From positions 2,056 to 66,055 of the forward strand of contig JAFWWC010000020.1 of NCBI GenBank assembly GCA_017518105.1: DNA of 64,000 nucleotides. The letters are read 5' to 3'. Shown piece after piece: positions 8,906 to 19,854 of the stretch. Position numbers and translations under genes: made by a program. Source of the stretch: Selenomonadaceae bacterium. GTDB taxonomy: Bacteria; Bacillota; Negativicutes; Selenomonadales; Selenomonadaceae. Under the pieces are notes generated by a model. It saw only the letters and a list, made by a program, of their open reading frames with translations, made no database searches and was not told the DNA's origin. Numbering within the stretch: position 1 is the stretch's first letter; each line of letters starts with the position of its first letter.

Positions 8906-10510
8906 ATGGCGCGGACTTATAAAGACGATTTACGGGCTAGGCTTGCCAAAGAAAAAATTCTATGCACGAGGTCGGGCGGACGCTTGAAATTCGCGTTGGC
9001 TTATCCGAATTTCTATCGCGTCGGCATGAGCAACCTCGGCATTCAAATAATCTATCAAATTCTCAACGCTCACAAGGAAATTTCTTGCGAGAGATTTTTT
9101 TTGCCCGAAAATAACAGGCTCCTAAGCCAAGAGACGTTCGCGCCGCTCAATAAGTTTCAAATCGTCGGGTTCGCGGTGTCCTTCGAGCCAGATTACTTTA
9201 ATGTCGTGCGAATGCTCAAACTCGGCAAGATAAATCCTCGCGCCGCTGAACGGACGGACTTTGACCCGCTAATCATTGCCGGCGGTCCTTGTGCAACGTT
9301 CAATCCGGAGCCGCTAAGCGAAATCTTCGACGCGTTTATCATTGGCGAGGGCGAAATCATTTTGCCGCCGCTCCTAGACGAAATCATTTCTACGGAAGGT
9401 CTGCCACGCCGTCAACGCTTGGAAAGGCTTTCGCTCGTGGCGGGCGTCTACGTTCCGACCTTCCCTAAAAAAGTTTCGCGGCAATGGGTTGAGGATTTGG
9501 ACGCTTACCCCGCTCACTCGACGATTTTGACGGACGACGCCGAATTCAATATGTATCTGGTGGAGACGGCTCGCGGTTGCGGGCGGCATTGTCGATTTTG
9601 CATGGCGGGATACTGTTTTAGGCGTCCTAGAAACCGTTCGCTAGACGTGCTAAAGGCTCAAATCCTCGACGCTAAAAAATTCGGCAAGAAGGTCGGCTTA
9701 ATGGGCGCGGCGATTTCCGATTATCCGCAGATTGATGAGTTATGCCGCTTTATTCTCGAAAACGGCTTGCAAATGTCGGTTGCGTCCTTCCGTGCAGATT
9801 CGGTGACGCGGGAGCTTGTTCAATCTTTGGCGGCTAGTGGATTGCAGACTTTGACAATCGCGCCCGAAGTCGGTTCGGAGAAGATGCGCCGCGTCGTCAA
9901 CAAGGGAATCACGGAGGAAAATATCTTCACGGCGATTGATTTGGGATTGGCGGCGGGCATAAAAAGTTTTCGGCTGTATTTCATGGTCGGCTTGCCCTTT
10001 GAAGAGCTTGACGACGTGGAGGCAATCGCAGAGCTGACGACGCGAGTAAAAAAATTCTGCGGCGGGCGGCTGACGTTGAGTGTTAATCCGTTCGTGCCAA
10101 AACCTTTTACGCCGTTCCAATGGTCGCCGTTCGCCGGGAAAAAATATCTGGACGCGGCTTTTAAAATCTTGCGCGGCAGGTTAAAATCAATGCACGGCGT
10201 GGAAATGATTTCGGAGTCGATAAGGTCGGCTCAAGTTCAGGCGATACTTTCACGCGGCGATAAAAAAATCTCGGAAGTCGTCTTGCAATCGGAGACGGCG
10301 CAGGATTTCAGGAAGAATTTCAAGGCGGCGGGTCTCGATGAGGATTTCTACTTAAGCGGGCGAGACATGGAAGAGCCTTTGCCGTGGGATTTCCTCGACC
10401 AGGGCTTTGACAAAAAATATCTGCGCGACGAGTTCAATCGGGCGAAAGATTTAAAGTCAACGCCGAAATGCTTTGACGGTTGCAAGCGTTGCGGCGTGTG
10501 TAAGGGGTGA
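8906..10510 (+). CDS. B12-binding-domain-type radical SAM protein (TIGR03960-like)
   Basis: ETARGCGRHCRFCMAGY (CxxxCxxC radical SAM cluster). The N-terminal YPNFYRVGMSNLGIQIIY pattern fits this family. GGAGGA SD. Confidence 0.8.
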   Translation: MARTYKDDLRARLAKEKILCTRSGGRLKFALAYPNFYRVGMSNLGIQIIYQILNAHKEISCERFFLPENNRLLSQETFAPLNKFQIVGFAVSFEPDYFNVVRMLKLGKINPRAAERTDFDPLIIAGGPCATFNPEPLSEIFDAFIIGEGEIILPPLLDEIISTEGLPRRQRLERLSLVAGVYVPTFPKKVSRQWVEDLDAYPAHSTILTDDAEFNMYLVETARGCGRHCRFCMAGYCFRRPRNRSLDVLKAQILDAKKFGKKVGLMGAAISDYPQIDELCRFILENGLQMSVASFRADSVTRELVQSLAASGLQTLTIAPEVGSEKMRRVVNKGITEENIFTAIDLGLAAGIKSFRLYFMVGLPFEELDDVEAIAELTTRVKKFCGGRLTLSVNPFVPKPFTPFQWSPFAGKKYLDAAFKILRGRLKSMHGVEMISESIRSAQVQAILSRGDKKISEVVLQSETAQDFRKNFKAAGLDEDFYLSGRDMEEPLPWDFLDQGFDKKYLRDEFNRAKDLKSTPKCFDGCKRCGVCKG

Positions 10511-10514
10511 TTAA

Positions 10515-11855
10515 ATGCGTGTGGTAATTGTCGGGGCGGGCAAGCTCGGCTACACAATCGCGGAGCTTTTAAGCAACGAGGGCATGTCGGTTACGGTCAT
10601 CGACCACGAGGAGAGCCAACTGACTGCCGTTAAGAACAATTTGGACGTGCTGACGATAACAGCCAACGGCGCAAGCCCAATAACGATGGACGACCCCGAC
10701 GTAAATGGCGCGGACGTGTTCATTGCAGTCACGGCGATTGATGAAGTCAACATGGTCGCTTGCATTCTCGCCAAAAAGCACGGCATTAAACATACGATTG
10801 CCCGAATTCGCGATATGCAGTTCCTAAGCGAGGCAAAAGACTATCTCAAGAAGAATTTCGATATAGACCTCATGCTAAACCCTGAAATGATTGCCGCGCA
10901 CGAAATTTATCGAATCCTCATGACGCCGGCAGCTTTGGACGTGGACGAGTTCGCGGGCGGGAAAATTCGCCTGTTTGAAGTCAAAATACAAAAGGACAGC
11001 AAGTATATCGACATACCGTTTAAGAAATTGCGCCTGCCCGAAGGCGTTTTGGCTGGATTAATCTTCCGCGACCATGAAATGATAATCCCGCACGGCGATG
11101 ACGCCTTACAAGTCGATGACAACGCATATTTTATCGGATTCCCTGACGAGATAGAGAAGTTCAGCTCCAATTTCGTTCAACGCAACTCACGGAAGCTCGA
11201 ACGGGTGATGATAATCGGTGCGGGCAGAATTGCTCGGACGCTGTCAGTCATGCTTGTAAGGGCGGGCGTCAATGTCAAAGTCATAGAAAAAGACCGCGAG
11301 CGATGCGAAGACATTGCACAGCTTTTGAGCGGCGACAGCATAGCGATTTACGGCGACGGCACGAACGTTGACTTGCTGGCGCAGGAAGGAATTGCCTCGG
11401 CGGACGTGGTCGTTTGCTTGACGGAGGACGATAAACTTAATTTGATGATGGCGTTGCTCGCAAAGCACCTCGGCGCAAAAAAAACCGTCGTCAGGGTTTA
11501 TCGGACGGAATACGCGGACTTGATAGAAAAAGTCGGCGTGGACGTGGTAATATCGGCGCGTCTCTTGTCGGCTAGTGAGGTTTTGGCGTTCGTGAGGCGT
11601 GGCGGCGTGGTTAGCGTGTCGATTTTGGAGGGCGCACGAGCCGAGGCAGTCGAACTTATCGTTCAGAAGGGCGCGAAGGTCGCCGGGAAAAAATTAATGG
11701 ACGTTAGGTTGCCTAAGTCGTGCTTGGTGTGCGCTTACGTGCGAAAAAATCGGGCGGCGATACCAAACGGTCACACAGTCCTTGAGCCAGGCGACAGAAC
11801 GATACTATTTTGCTTGAGAGGTGCGGCGCAAGAGGTCATGACTTGGTTTAATTAA
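10515..11855 (+). CDS. trkA: Trk potassium uptake system protein TrkA (two RCK/NAD-binding modules)
   Basis: MRVVIVGAGKLGYTIA and a second VMIIGAGRIARTL Rossmann motif. 446 aa, the typical TrkA architecture. Confidence 0.85.
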   Translation: MRVVIVGAGKLGYTIAELLSNEGMSVTVIDHEESQLTAVKNNLDVLTITANGASPITMDDPDVNGADVFIAVTAIDEVNMVACILAKKHGIKHTIARIRDMQFLSEAKDYLKKNFDIDLMLNPEMIAAHEIYRILMTPAALDVDEFAGGKIRLFEVKIQKDSKYIDIPFKKLRLPEGVLAGLIFRDHEMIIPHGDDALQVDDNAYFIGFPDEIEKFSSNFVQRNSRKLERVMIIGAGRIARTLSVMLVRAGVNVKVIEKDRERCEDIAQLLSGDSIAIYGDGTNVDLLAQEGIASADVVVCLTEDDKLNLMMALLAKHLGAKKTVVRVYRTEYADLIEKVGVDVVISARLLSASEVLAFVRRGGVVSVSILEGARAEAVELIVQKGAKVAGKKLMDVRLPKSCLVCAYVRKNRAAIPNGHTVLEPGDRTILFCLRGAAQEVMTWFN

Positions 11856-11862
11856 GGAGGAG

Positions 11863-12531
11863 ATGGGATTGAGCGTATTCAACTTTGCAAAGAAGGACAC
11901 GGAGTTTTTCGATTTATTCTTGGAGAACGCGAAGTTCTTCCATTTGGGCGCGGAGCTACTCGACGAGGTGATTAAAGACCCGAATCAAGCTTTGGAACGA
12001 ATCGAAGACATATTGGGGCTTGAGTCGGCGGCGGACGAAGTCAACGAGAAGATAATCAACAAACTGAATCTGAGCTTCATAACGCCGATAGACCGTGAGG
12101 ACATCTACGCGATAGCAAACGAGCTTGATAAGGGCGTAGACATGTTGCAGGGCGCGTTGCAAAGAATCATCATGTATCACGCGGGGCATTCGACTAAACG
12201 CAGTCACGCCTTGACGAAACTTTTACTAGAAAGTACCGATGAACTGGTTAAGGCGTTCAAACTCCTAAGCGACGTGAAAAAGAATCAGCGCGAGATTCTC
12301 GACGCCGTGCATAAGGTATCGGAGAACGAGAGCCGCGGCGATTTGATTTATCGGGCGGACATTGGGATTTTGTTCGACGAGGCAGTTGAGGCTTCTAAAG
12401 AACACGGAGCCAGCCGAGCTGTTATCCATCTGATTAAGTGGAAAGACATCTTAGAGGACGTGGAAGAGGCACTCGACCACACAAAGCGCGTTTCGGATAT
12501 GATTCGCGGTGTCGTCATGAAGTATTCGTAA
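11863..12531 (+). CDS. DUF47/PhoU-like (TIGR00153) family protein
   Basis: 222 aa helical protein. FNFAKKDTEFFDLFLENAK N-terminus and REDIYAIANELD motif are typical of the DUF47 family. The start could instead be TTG 11869. Confidence 0.65.
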   Translation: MGLSVFNFAKKDTEFFDLFLENAKFFHLGAELLDEVIKDPNQALERIEDILGLESAADEVNEKIINKLNLSFITPIDREDIYAIANELDKGVDMLQGALQRIIMYHAGHSTKRSHALTKLLLESTDELVKAFKLLSDVKKNQREILDAVHKVSENESRGDLIYRADIGILFDEAVEASKEHGASRAVIHLIKWKDILEDVEEALDHTKRVSDMIRGVVMKYS

Positions 12532-12543
12532 CAAAGCTTTTTA

Positions 12544-12571
12544 GTCTCGGCTACGGTCGAGGCTTTTTTTT
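12544..12571 (+). terminator. Rho-independent terminator
   Basis: GTCTCGGC-tacg-GTCGAGGC stem (two G-U pairs) followed by a T8 run. Confidence 0.6.
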
Positions 12572-12612
12572 GCCCAAAAGTTTGACAACGGGGCATTGGA
12601 AGTAGGGAGATA

Positions 12613-12977
12613 ATGGGCGGGAAAGTATTGTTTTTTTAGGAGATGGTTCTTATGTAGACGAAAACTAACTGAGATGACGGCTCGCAAGTTTCAATTAACG
12701 TGGGCGCAAGCGACGTATTGCCAACTCGAAGGGCAATGCGATTAAATTCAAAGTTAAAATTGCTGGCATATACAAGGACGACTACATTTACAATAGCGGC
12801 GGCTTAAATCTCTCAATCGATGGCGGGGCTGGCAACGATACCATTACCAACAAGACAAGCTACATCCAGACTGAAATAAAGGTACGAATACGAAGAGGTA
12901 GAAACTACGCCGCGACGACCTTCCACATTGATAACGACACGTATAAAATCAGCGGCTCCAAGCTCCATAAGAAATAA
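12613..12977 (+). pseudogene. Decayed remnant of an RTX/calcium-binding-repeat-type secreted protein gene
   Basis: ATG 12613 with a GGGAGA SD gives MGGKVLFF and then a stop at a T7 run. Other frames read GDGSYVDEN and ...IKFKVKIAGIYKDDYIYNSGGLNLSIDGGAGNDTITNK...TFHIDNDTYKISGSKLHKK* (12699-12977, no start codon). GGAGNDTI is an RTX-like nonapeptide. There are several frame breaks. Confidence 0.35.
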
Positions 12978-12994
12978 CCTACACGAACTTTAAT

Positions 12995-13019
12995 CCCGTC
13001 GACGAGGCGGGCTTTTTTT
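12995..13019 (+). terminator. Rho-independent terminator
   Basis: CCCGTC-gacga-GGCGGG stem followed by CTTTTTTT. Confidence 0.6.
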
Positions 13020-13079
13020 GCCGTTGTCAAAGACTTTCGCCTATGCTAAGCTTGCAAAAAATTTCTGGAGGGATGTTTA

Positions 13080-14645
13080 ATGCTAAAGAAGCTTTTAATC
13101 TCGCTTGTCTTTATCGTCATGAACAGCACGACAGCCTTTGCCGCTGAAGAAATTTTATTCATACCGCACGACGACCGCCCCGTATCTTATCAACAGCCCG
13201 TCGAAGTCGTTAGCCAGCTCGGCTATAAAATAATCTCGCCGCCACCAGAGCTTTTGACTCAACCCGACGAGCTTTGGGCGTGGCTCAACGAGAACGCGCC
13301 CGCCGCCAATGCCGCAGTCATATCCTCGGACGCTCTGCTTTATGGCGGATTGATTCCCTCGCGCAGTCATATAATTTCCGTCGACGAACTCAATGCCCGC
13401 GTCGAGAACTTCAAAAGCCTCCGCGAAAACAATCCGTACTTGCAACTTTACGTCTTCGGCTCGCTTATGAGGACGCCCATGTTCGGCACGCCCGGCGACA
13501 TTGAGGAGCCTGACTATTACGGGCAATACGGCGGGCAAATCTTCCAGCTCACCGCGCTAATGGATAAGCAGGAGACTAACGAGCTTAGCCGCAAGGAGAA
13601 GACTTACCTAGATGAACTCGAAAAGAATATCCCCGACGAAATCCTAGACGATTACTTTGCACGCCGCCTTAAAAATTTCTCCGCGACAACAAAGCTCCTA
13701 GACTTCACGCACGAAGGTTTAATCGATTATTTTGTTATCGGGCGCGACGATAATGCCCCGCTCTGTCAGACGCACCGCGAGAACCGTCATCTGCTTGCTT
13801 ACATGGAAAATCTCGGCGTGGGCAAGGACAAGGCTCAATCGCACGTGGGCATTGACGAATACGCTATGTTGCTCCTAACTCGTGCCGTAAATGACCTGTC
13901 GGGAACTCTTCCGCTTGTCAGCGTGCAATTCAATCGCGGCATGGGCGGCAAGACCATTCCAGAGTTTTCCGACGAGCCGATTGCCGATTCGATTCGCGAC
14001 GAGATTTTGATTGCGGGCGGCTACCTCATATCCAATCCCGCCCGCGCCGATTTCGTTTTGTTCGTCAACACCGCCCCTGATGGCGAGACTTACGATAATC
14101 ATAACTCTTTGCCTCCACAACCCCTTACCAAAGGCGAGCAAAGATTTTTCAGACGCAACGCAAAAAAATTCTCGTCCCTTGTCGAAGACGCCATCAATAA
14201 AAATTTGCCCGTGGGCGTCTCGGACATTACCTTTGCTAATGGCTCCGATAACTTCTTAATGGCTCAGCTCCGCGATAAAGACTTGCTGTTTAAATTGCAG
14301 GCTTACGGCGGCTGGAATACCGCGACCAACTCAAGCGGTTTTGCACTGGGCACGGGTATCCTTGCAAAGAAAATGAGCCGCAAGTCAATCGACCAGCTCC
14401 TTGCCCGCCGCTACCTTGACGACTGGGCTTATCAGGCGAATGTTCGCACGCAGATTGCCGAAGAACTTTCCACACGCACCGACGCCTTGCAAATCTATCT
14501 TCACCTCGGCGAGCATGAATCAGAAATCGTCAAGCGCGAGAACAAGCTTATGCAAGAGTTCGTCAAAGAGAACTTGCCGCAGATAAAACATTTCACGCTG
14601 TCCAATCCGTGGCACCGTATGTTTGAATGCCAGATTGATTTCTGA
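13080..14645 (+). CDS. Secreted protein, DUF4127-like
   Basis: Signal peptide MLKKLLISLVFIVMNSTTAFA. FIPHDDRPVSYQ resembles the (V)PLDERP motif I associate with DUF4127. The family assignment is from memory only. Confidence 0.5.
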   Translation: MLKKLLISLVFIVMNSTTAFAAEEILFIPHDDRPVSYQQPVEVVSQLGYKIISPPPELLTQPDELWAWLNENAPAANAAVISSDALLYGGLIPSRSHIISVDELNARVENFKSLRENNPYLQLYVFGSLMRTPMFGTPGDIEEPDYYGQYGGQIFQLTALMDKQETNELSRKEKTYLDELEKNIPDEILDDYFARRLKNFSATTKLLDFTHEGLIDYFVIGRDDNAPLCQTHRENRHLLAYMENLGVGKDKAQSHVGIDEYAMLLLTRAVNDLSGTLPLVSVQFNRGMGGKTIPEFSDEPIADSIRDEILIAGGYLISNPARADFVLFVNTAPDGETYDNHNSLPPQPLTKGEQRFFRRNAKKFSSLVEDAINKNLPVGVSDITFANGSDNFLMAQLRDKDLLFKLQAYGGWNTATNSSGFALGTGILAKKMSRKSIDQLLARRYLDDWAYQANVRTQIAEELSTRTDALQIYLHLGEHESEIVKRENKLMQEFVKENLPQIKHFTLSNPWHRMFECQIDF

Positions 14646-14720
14646 CGTTTGCAGGAAAATTTTTCTTCAAACCGAAATGCCTTCCACGTTGCAGAAAAAA
14701 CTAAAGGCGGGGGAAAAGCA

Positions 14721-16691
14721 GTGAGACTTAGACAGAAATTCATGACGCTGGCTTGGCTAATGGGGGCGGCAGTTGCGGTCGTGTGTGCTATCAGCTATTG
14801 GTTCGCCAGTGAAGAACTTGAGAGTAGCACGGACAGCGAATTGCGCTTGACGGCTTTAAAGGAGGCGACGCAGCTTAACGGTTGGCTCGAAACTAAGCGG
14901 GCGTTCGGCGAAAGTACTTCCAATGTCCTAACGAGTTTGAACGGGAATATGACTTTGCTAAAGTCGCGGGAGGTCTTGGGTACCGTCACTTCCGACAAAG
15001 AGATTTTAGACATGGCGTTTGCTCTGGAGGACAAATACATTGCCTGCTACTACGCGGGCGACATCACCGGCAAGCTTGACCCGACGACGCGTGCTTGGTT
15101 CAATAATGCCCGCGACCTCGATAAGGCGTTCTTCACTGCGCCCTATGTCGACGTAAACACGAACGCTTACATCGTCTCAATCGGCGTGCCCGTCAAGTCG
15201 AACGGAAAATTTATCGGGGCAACCTGTTTGGATTTGTCGTTGGAAGTTCTATCTAAGCAAGTTGAAGCGATGAATTATCACGGCGAGGGCGCGGGCATCA
15301 TCACCGAGGCTGACGGAAATATTTTGGCAACAGCACAATTCGGCGAGCCTACGAAGAACTTCAAGGAGATTGACGGCATAGGCAGTCACTTCGAGGAAAT
15401 GGTCAGGCAGGGCAATGGCTACTTTGAAGTCACTATCGACGGCGAGGACATGGTCTTTGCTTATTCGACGGTTCCGGCAACGGGTTGGCTTATCGGGATA
15501 ACCGTTCCGAGTTCGGCTGTCTTTGCTCCGCTCAGAAATTTGCGGATACTTTTCGGGGTGCTTATCGTCGGCGGGTTCCTTTCTGCCTTTGCGATATGTC
15601 TTCTCTTCTCCAGCAAAATCACTACGCCCGTCGCCCGCCTTGAAGAGTATTCGATTCAGCTTGCCAAAGGAGATTTGACGATGGCGAACTTGCCAATCGC
15701 CGCCAACGACGAAATCGGCGCGCTTACTCGTGACTTCAACGGCATGAAAGAACATCTCCAGAAGCTTATCGCTAAGATGACGACGAACTCCGAACACGTA
15801 GCCGCCTCATCGCAGGAATTAACTGCAAGCTCTCAATCGTCGGCGGATGCGTCGGTTCACGTGGCGGAGACTGTCAGCGAAGTTTCCGAAGCCGTAAGCA
15901 AACAAATGCAAGCTATCGACGCGGCTAAGGGCAATGTCGATACGGTTTTCAAGGACATTAAAGCGGTCGAGGAGAAGTCCCGCGAAGTAGCTGACACTTC
16001 CAATCAAACAGCACAAGCCGCGCAAAAAGGTTCCGAACTTATGAGCGCGGCGGTCGAGAATATGGGAAGGATTGAACGGAGCGTCATGACCTCGGCGGAC
16101 GTGGTTAAGCGGCTCGGCGAGGACAGCAAGCAAATCGGGCAAATCGTCGAGTCAATAGCGGCTATCTCCCGTCAGACGAATCTTTTAGCCCTAAACGCGG
16201 CAATCGAGGCGGCTTCGGCTGGCGAACATGGTAAAGGCTTTGCAGTCGTTGCGGAAGAAGTTCGCAAACTCGCCGCGCAGTCGCAGGAGTCCGCCGAGCA
16301 AATACAAATTCGTATCTCTTCCGTCCAAAAGGATACTGAAGAAGCCGTCGAATCAATGCAGACCGGAACCGACGAGGTTAAGGCGGGCACGGGAGCTATC
16401 CGCGAAGTCGGCGAACAGTTCGGGCATATCCTCGGCATGGTCAACGGTATCAAAACTCAAATGGACGCGATTAACTCTTCCGTGCAGACCGTGACGAACG
16501 AGACTTCGGCGATTGTCAAAATGGTTGATTCAATCGACGAGATAAGCAAGAAGACTGCCGATAACATGCGGGCAATTTCCGCGTCCGCCGAGGAGCAATC
16601 CGCCTCGAACGAAGAGATTGCCGCCGCCAGTCAAGCCCTAGCAAAGATGGCGGAGGATATGCAAGAGGTCGTCGGGCAGTTCAAAGTTTAG
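14721..16691 (+). CDS. Methyl-accepting chemotaxis protein (Cache-like sensor, HAMP, MA signalling domain)
   Basis: TM helix, extracytoplasmic Cache-like region, second TM helix and HAMP ([14 protein letters not shown]). Highly conserved hairpin [38 protein letters not shown] 14721 preferred over TTG 14649. Confidence 0.9.
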   Translation: MRLRQKFMTLAWLMGAAVAVVCAISYWFASEELESSTDSELRLTALKEATQLNGWLETKRAFGESTSNVLTSLNGNMTLLKSREVLGTVTSDKEILDMAFALEDKYIACYYAGDITGKLDPTTRAWFNNARDLDKAFFTAPYVDVNTNAYIVSIGVPVKSNGKFIGATCLDLSLEVLSKQVEAMNYHGEGAGIITEADGNILATAQFGEPTKNFKEIDGIGSHFEEMVRQGNGYFEVTIDGEDMVFAYSTVPATGWLIGITVPSSAVFAPLRNLRILFGVLIVGGFLSAFAICLLFSSKITTPVARLEEYSIQLAKGDLTMANLPIAANDEIGALTRDFNGMKEHLQKLIAKMTTNSEHVAASSQELTASSQSSADASVHVAETVSEVSEAVSKQMQAIDAAKGNVDTVFKDIKAVEEKSREVADTSNQTAQAAQKGSELMSAAVENMGRIERSVMTSADVVKRLGEDSKQIGQIVESIAAISRQTNLLALNAAIEAASAGEHGKGFAVVAEEVRKLAAQSQESAEQIQIRISSVQKDTEEAVESMQTGTDEVKAGTGAIREVGEQFGHILGMVNGIKTQMDAINSSVQTVTNETSAIVKMVDSIDEISKKTADNMRAISASAEEQSASNEEIAAASQALAKMAEDMQEVVGQFKV

Positions 16692-17122
16692 ATTAATAGC
16701 TCCGTCTCGCCAAGATGATTGAGCAACTCATTTGTTTGTATGACGGATAAACTTTGTTCGATAGCCGAGATTATCACGGCGTCCCAGCTGTTTCGCGGAT
16801 ACAAGACGCCTTGCCCGGCGTATCGCAACAGATATTGAACCTCGTCCAAACTTAAGCCCATCGCGATTGCTAATGCCAAAAGCTTAGTTCGCGACGGGTT
16901 TTTCTTTTTGTCCGAAAAGATATGATAAGCGTACTCCCGATTCAAGCCAGAACGCTCGATGACTTCCTGCTTAGTCAGATTTTTTTCCGTCAGCAGTTTC
17001 GTAAGGTACTCGCCGAGCGGCAAGGTAAATTCTTCGCGGTTATTCGTTCGCCAGCCCTGAAGGTTCTTTTCCTTCTTAAGCTCCGTGAACAATTCGCCCG
17101 TACTCTTTCCGAATTTGAACAA
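16688..17122 (-). CDS. XRE-family helix-turn-helix transcriptional regulator
   Basis: [41 protein letters not shown] region. TTG start after GAGGTGAAG. Confidence 0.7.
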   Translation of the reverse strand: MFKFGKSTGELFTELKKEKNLQGWRTNNREEFTLPLGEYLTKLLTEKNLTKQEVIERSGLNREYAYHIFSDKKKNPSRTKLLALAIAMGLSLDEVQYLLRYAGQGVLYPRNSWDAVIISAIEQSLSVIQTNELLNHLGETELLI

Positions 17123-17192
17123 GACACTTCACCTCGACCAAAAATTTTCCCAATGATATAATGCCGACAAGATTTTTACAAGGAGGCGCGGC

Positions 17193-18572
17193 ATGGATTC
17201 CCTTGAACGATATTTGGGCGACACTTACGAACTTGTCGACACGCTGAAGAGTTCCGAGCAAGGATTCGTTGCCGTCGTCTATGACAAGCGGGCAAAGCGG
17301 CTTTGCACCATGAAGCAACGCGCTTGGAATTCCTTGCCGATTTACAAGACGCTAAAGGAGCTGAACAATCCGCACGTCCCGCAAATTTATCGGCTCATTG
17401 AACGGGACGGCAAGTTAATCGTCGTCGAGGAGCACATTGACGGGCAGACGCTGGAGGAGTTTTTGATTTATCGGCAACTCGACGAGACCTTAGCAGAAAA
17501 AATTCTGCTGCAACTGTGCGATAGCCTTAGCATACTTCACGAACGAAATATCATTCACCGCGACCTCAAGCCGTCAAACATCATGCTCACGGAAGAAATC
17601 GTCGTTAAGCTGATAGACTTTGGCATTGCCCGATTCTTTAAGCCGGAGAGCACAGCGGATACGGAGCTAATGGGCACGCGGGGATATGCGCCGCCTGAAC
17701 AGTTCGGGCTGTTCGATTTTGGGCAGACGGATAGACGCTCTGACATTTACGCGCTCGGCATGACGATAAAGACTTTGCTCGGCGAGGATTATGACGGACG
17801 CTTTAAAAAAGTTTTGGACAAGTGCATAGCTTTGGAACCAGCGCAACGTTTCCAATCAGTCGAGGAGCTACGGCGGGCAGTTTTATCAAGCAAGCGTCCG
17901 TTTAAGCCGTGGAAAGTCATCGCCGCCGCAATCGTCGGAGCCGCGATATTTTTTTTGCCGCGAACCCTAGAACATCACCAGCCGCCTAAACCCGAAGAAA
18001 ATATTTCCGCGTTCGTCGAAGTCACTAAGCCTGAAGAAAAATCTTCCGCGCCTGTCGAAGTGTCTAAGCCCGAAGAAAAAACTTTTGAACTGCCGACTCT
18101 CCCACAGACTTCCCTGCCCGATATAAATTTGCCGACGTTAACACCGCTACCAGAGTCGACGCCCCCGCCCGTTCAGCAGGAGGAAAAGTCTTCGGGCGAA
18201 GTCGAGCTGAAACTTTTCATGAACGGCGAACTAACTGGCAAGGAGCACACGTTTTATCTTTACGGCTGGCAATCGTGGTCGCGGGATAAATTCGGGCAAT
18301 TCCTCTTCCCTAGCGATTGGCAAGCACGGCTCCGCATTGAGAATCACAGCGGCAAGGACTTAATCAATCCTAGCGTCGCAGTCAATATCGGCAAGGACAA
18401 AAAAAAATTCGACGTGCCCGCCCTCGCAAACGGTCAGTCGTTCGATTTGGAAATTCCCCTTGGCAATCAACTTGCCTCGCCCGCAAAGGGTAGCGGACAT
18501 CTCCAGATTATTTTAAAGGCTCAAGGCGTCCCGGACATTTTTCTTAACAAGACCTTCCGCCTTGTTCAATGA
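17193..18572 (+). CDS. Serine/threonine protein kinase (Hanks-type) with TM segment and extracellular C-terminal domain
   Basis: [17 protein letters not shown] and GTRGYAPPE catalytic motifs. TM helix [13 protein letters not shown]. Repeated KPEEK(S/T) linker. Confidence 0.9.
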   Translation: MDSLERYLGDTYELVDTLKSSEQGFVAVVYDKRAKRLCTMKQRAWNSLPIYKTLKELNNPHVPQIYRLIERDGKLIVVEEHIDGQTLEEFLIYRQLDETLAEKILLQLCDSLSILHERNIIHRDLKPSNIMLTEEIVVKLIDFGIARFFKPESTADTELMGTRGYAPPEQFGLFDFGQTDRRSDIYALGMTIKTLLGEDYDGRFKKVLDKCIALEPAQRFQSVEELRRAVLSSKRPFKPWKVIAAAIVGAAIFFLPRTLEHHQPPKPEENISAFVEVTKPEEKSSAPVEVSKPEEKTFELPTLPQTSLPDINLPTLTPLPESTPPPVQQEEKSSGEVELKLFMNGELTGKEHTFYLYGWQSWSRDKFGQFLFPSDWQARLRIENHSGKDLINPSVAVNIGKDKKKFDVPALANGQSFDLEIPLGNQLASPAKGSGHLQIILKAQGVPDIFLNKTFRLVQ

Positions 18573-19854
18573 AGCGTTCTAAGTCGTCAAGTGCCCGCGC
18601 CGCTAGTCTCTCCTTGCGAAACTTTTTGGGCGTGCGCCCCTCAAGCGGCGGCAACAGTCCGAAAGTTACGTTCATGGGCTGAAAGTCTTTCGTGACGGCT
18701 GTCGTTATGTAATTGGCTAAGGCTCCGTGGCAAGTCGTCGGCGGGAAGGGCAGCGGCTCCAAAGTCTTTGCAAGTCTTGCGGCATTGACACCAGCCATCA
18801 GCCCCGACGCCGCAGACTCGACGTAGCCTTCAACGCCCGTTATTTGTCCTGCGAAGAATATTCTAGGCGAACTCTTTAATTGGAACGTCGGCAACAAGAC
18901 TTTCGGCGAATTAATGTAAGTGTTCCTATGCATGACGCCGAAGCGCACGAAGTCCGCCGCCTCAAGCCCTGGAATCATTCGGAAGACGCGCAGTTGCTCG
19001 CCCCAAGTCAAATGCGTTTGGAAGCCGACCAAGTTATAAAGTGTCGCCTCTCGATTGTCCTGCCGAAGCTGAACGACCGCATAAGGCGTCGAACCAGTTT
19101 TATCAGTCAAGCCGACGGGTTTAAGCGGTCCGAAGCGCAAAGTGTCTTCGCCGCGAGCCGCTAAGACTTCCACGGGCAAGCAACCTTCAAAGAAAATCTC
19201 CGCCTCGAAATCGTGCGGCTTAGTCTTCTCGGCGGCAATCAATTCAGCGCGGAAGGCAAGATATTCATCGCGGGTCATCGGGCAGTTAATGTAGGAATCA
19301 TCGTTGCCCTTGCCGTATCGCGACGCCTTGAACGCCTTAGCGAAGTTGACTGAATCCACAGTGACAATCGGAGCCGCCGCGTCGTAGAAGTAGAAATCAT
19401 CGCCGCCCGTGAGTTTTGCAATCTCTTCGGCAAGTTTACCTTCCGTCAAAGGACCGCTGGCGATAATCAACACGTCGTCCGCGAAGGCATCAAGGCTCGT
19501 AACTTCCTCCTCGACGAACTGAACGACGCTTTTAACCTTCGACGTGACGAGCCGCCCGAACTCATTTCTATCGACAGCCAAAGCCCCGCCCGCAGGAATT
19601 TTCGCCGCGTCCGCCGCAGACATGATAACCGAGCCGAGCCGCCGCATTTCCTCTTTGAGCACGCCGACGGCATTAGCCAAGCCCGCCGCCCTTAGCGAAT
19701 TACTGCAGACGAGTTCGGCAAAACTTCCGGTCTTGTGCGCGGGAGTTTTTTTAGTCGGGCGCATCTCGTGCAAGACGACTTCGACGCCGCGTTTAGCAAT
19801 CTGCCACGCCGCCTCCGAACCAGCAAGCCCCGCGCCGATAACATGAACAGTCAC
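18544..19854 (-). CDS. trmFO: Methylenetetrahydrofolate--tRNA-(uracil-5-)-methyltransferase TrmFO
   Basis: [22 protein letters not shown] motif, ELVCSNSLR and [23 protein letters not shown] overlap with the upstream topA-like gene. Confidence 0.9.
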   Translation of the reverse strand: MTVHVIGAGLAGSEAAWQIAKRGVEVVLHEMRPTKKTPAHKTGSFAELVCSNSLRAAGLANAVGVLKEEMRRLGSVIMSAADAAKIPAGGALAVDRNEFGRLVTSKVKSVVQFVEEEVTSLDAFADDVLIIASGPLTEGKLAEEIAKLTGGDDFYFYDAAAPIVTVDSVNFAKAFKASRYGKGNDDSYINCPMTRDEYLAFRAELIAAEKTKPHDFEAEIFFEGCLPVEVLAARGEDTLRFGPLKPVGLTDKTGSTPYAVVQLRQDNREATLYNLVGFQTHLTWGEQLRVFRMIPGLEAADFVRFGVMHRNTYINSPKVLLPTFQLKSSPRIFFAGQITGVEGYVESAASGLMAGVNAARLAKTLEPLPFPPTTCHGALANYITTAVTKDFQPMNVTFGLLPPLEGRTPKKFRKERLAARALDDLERFIEQGGRSC

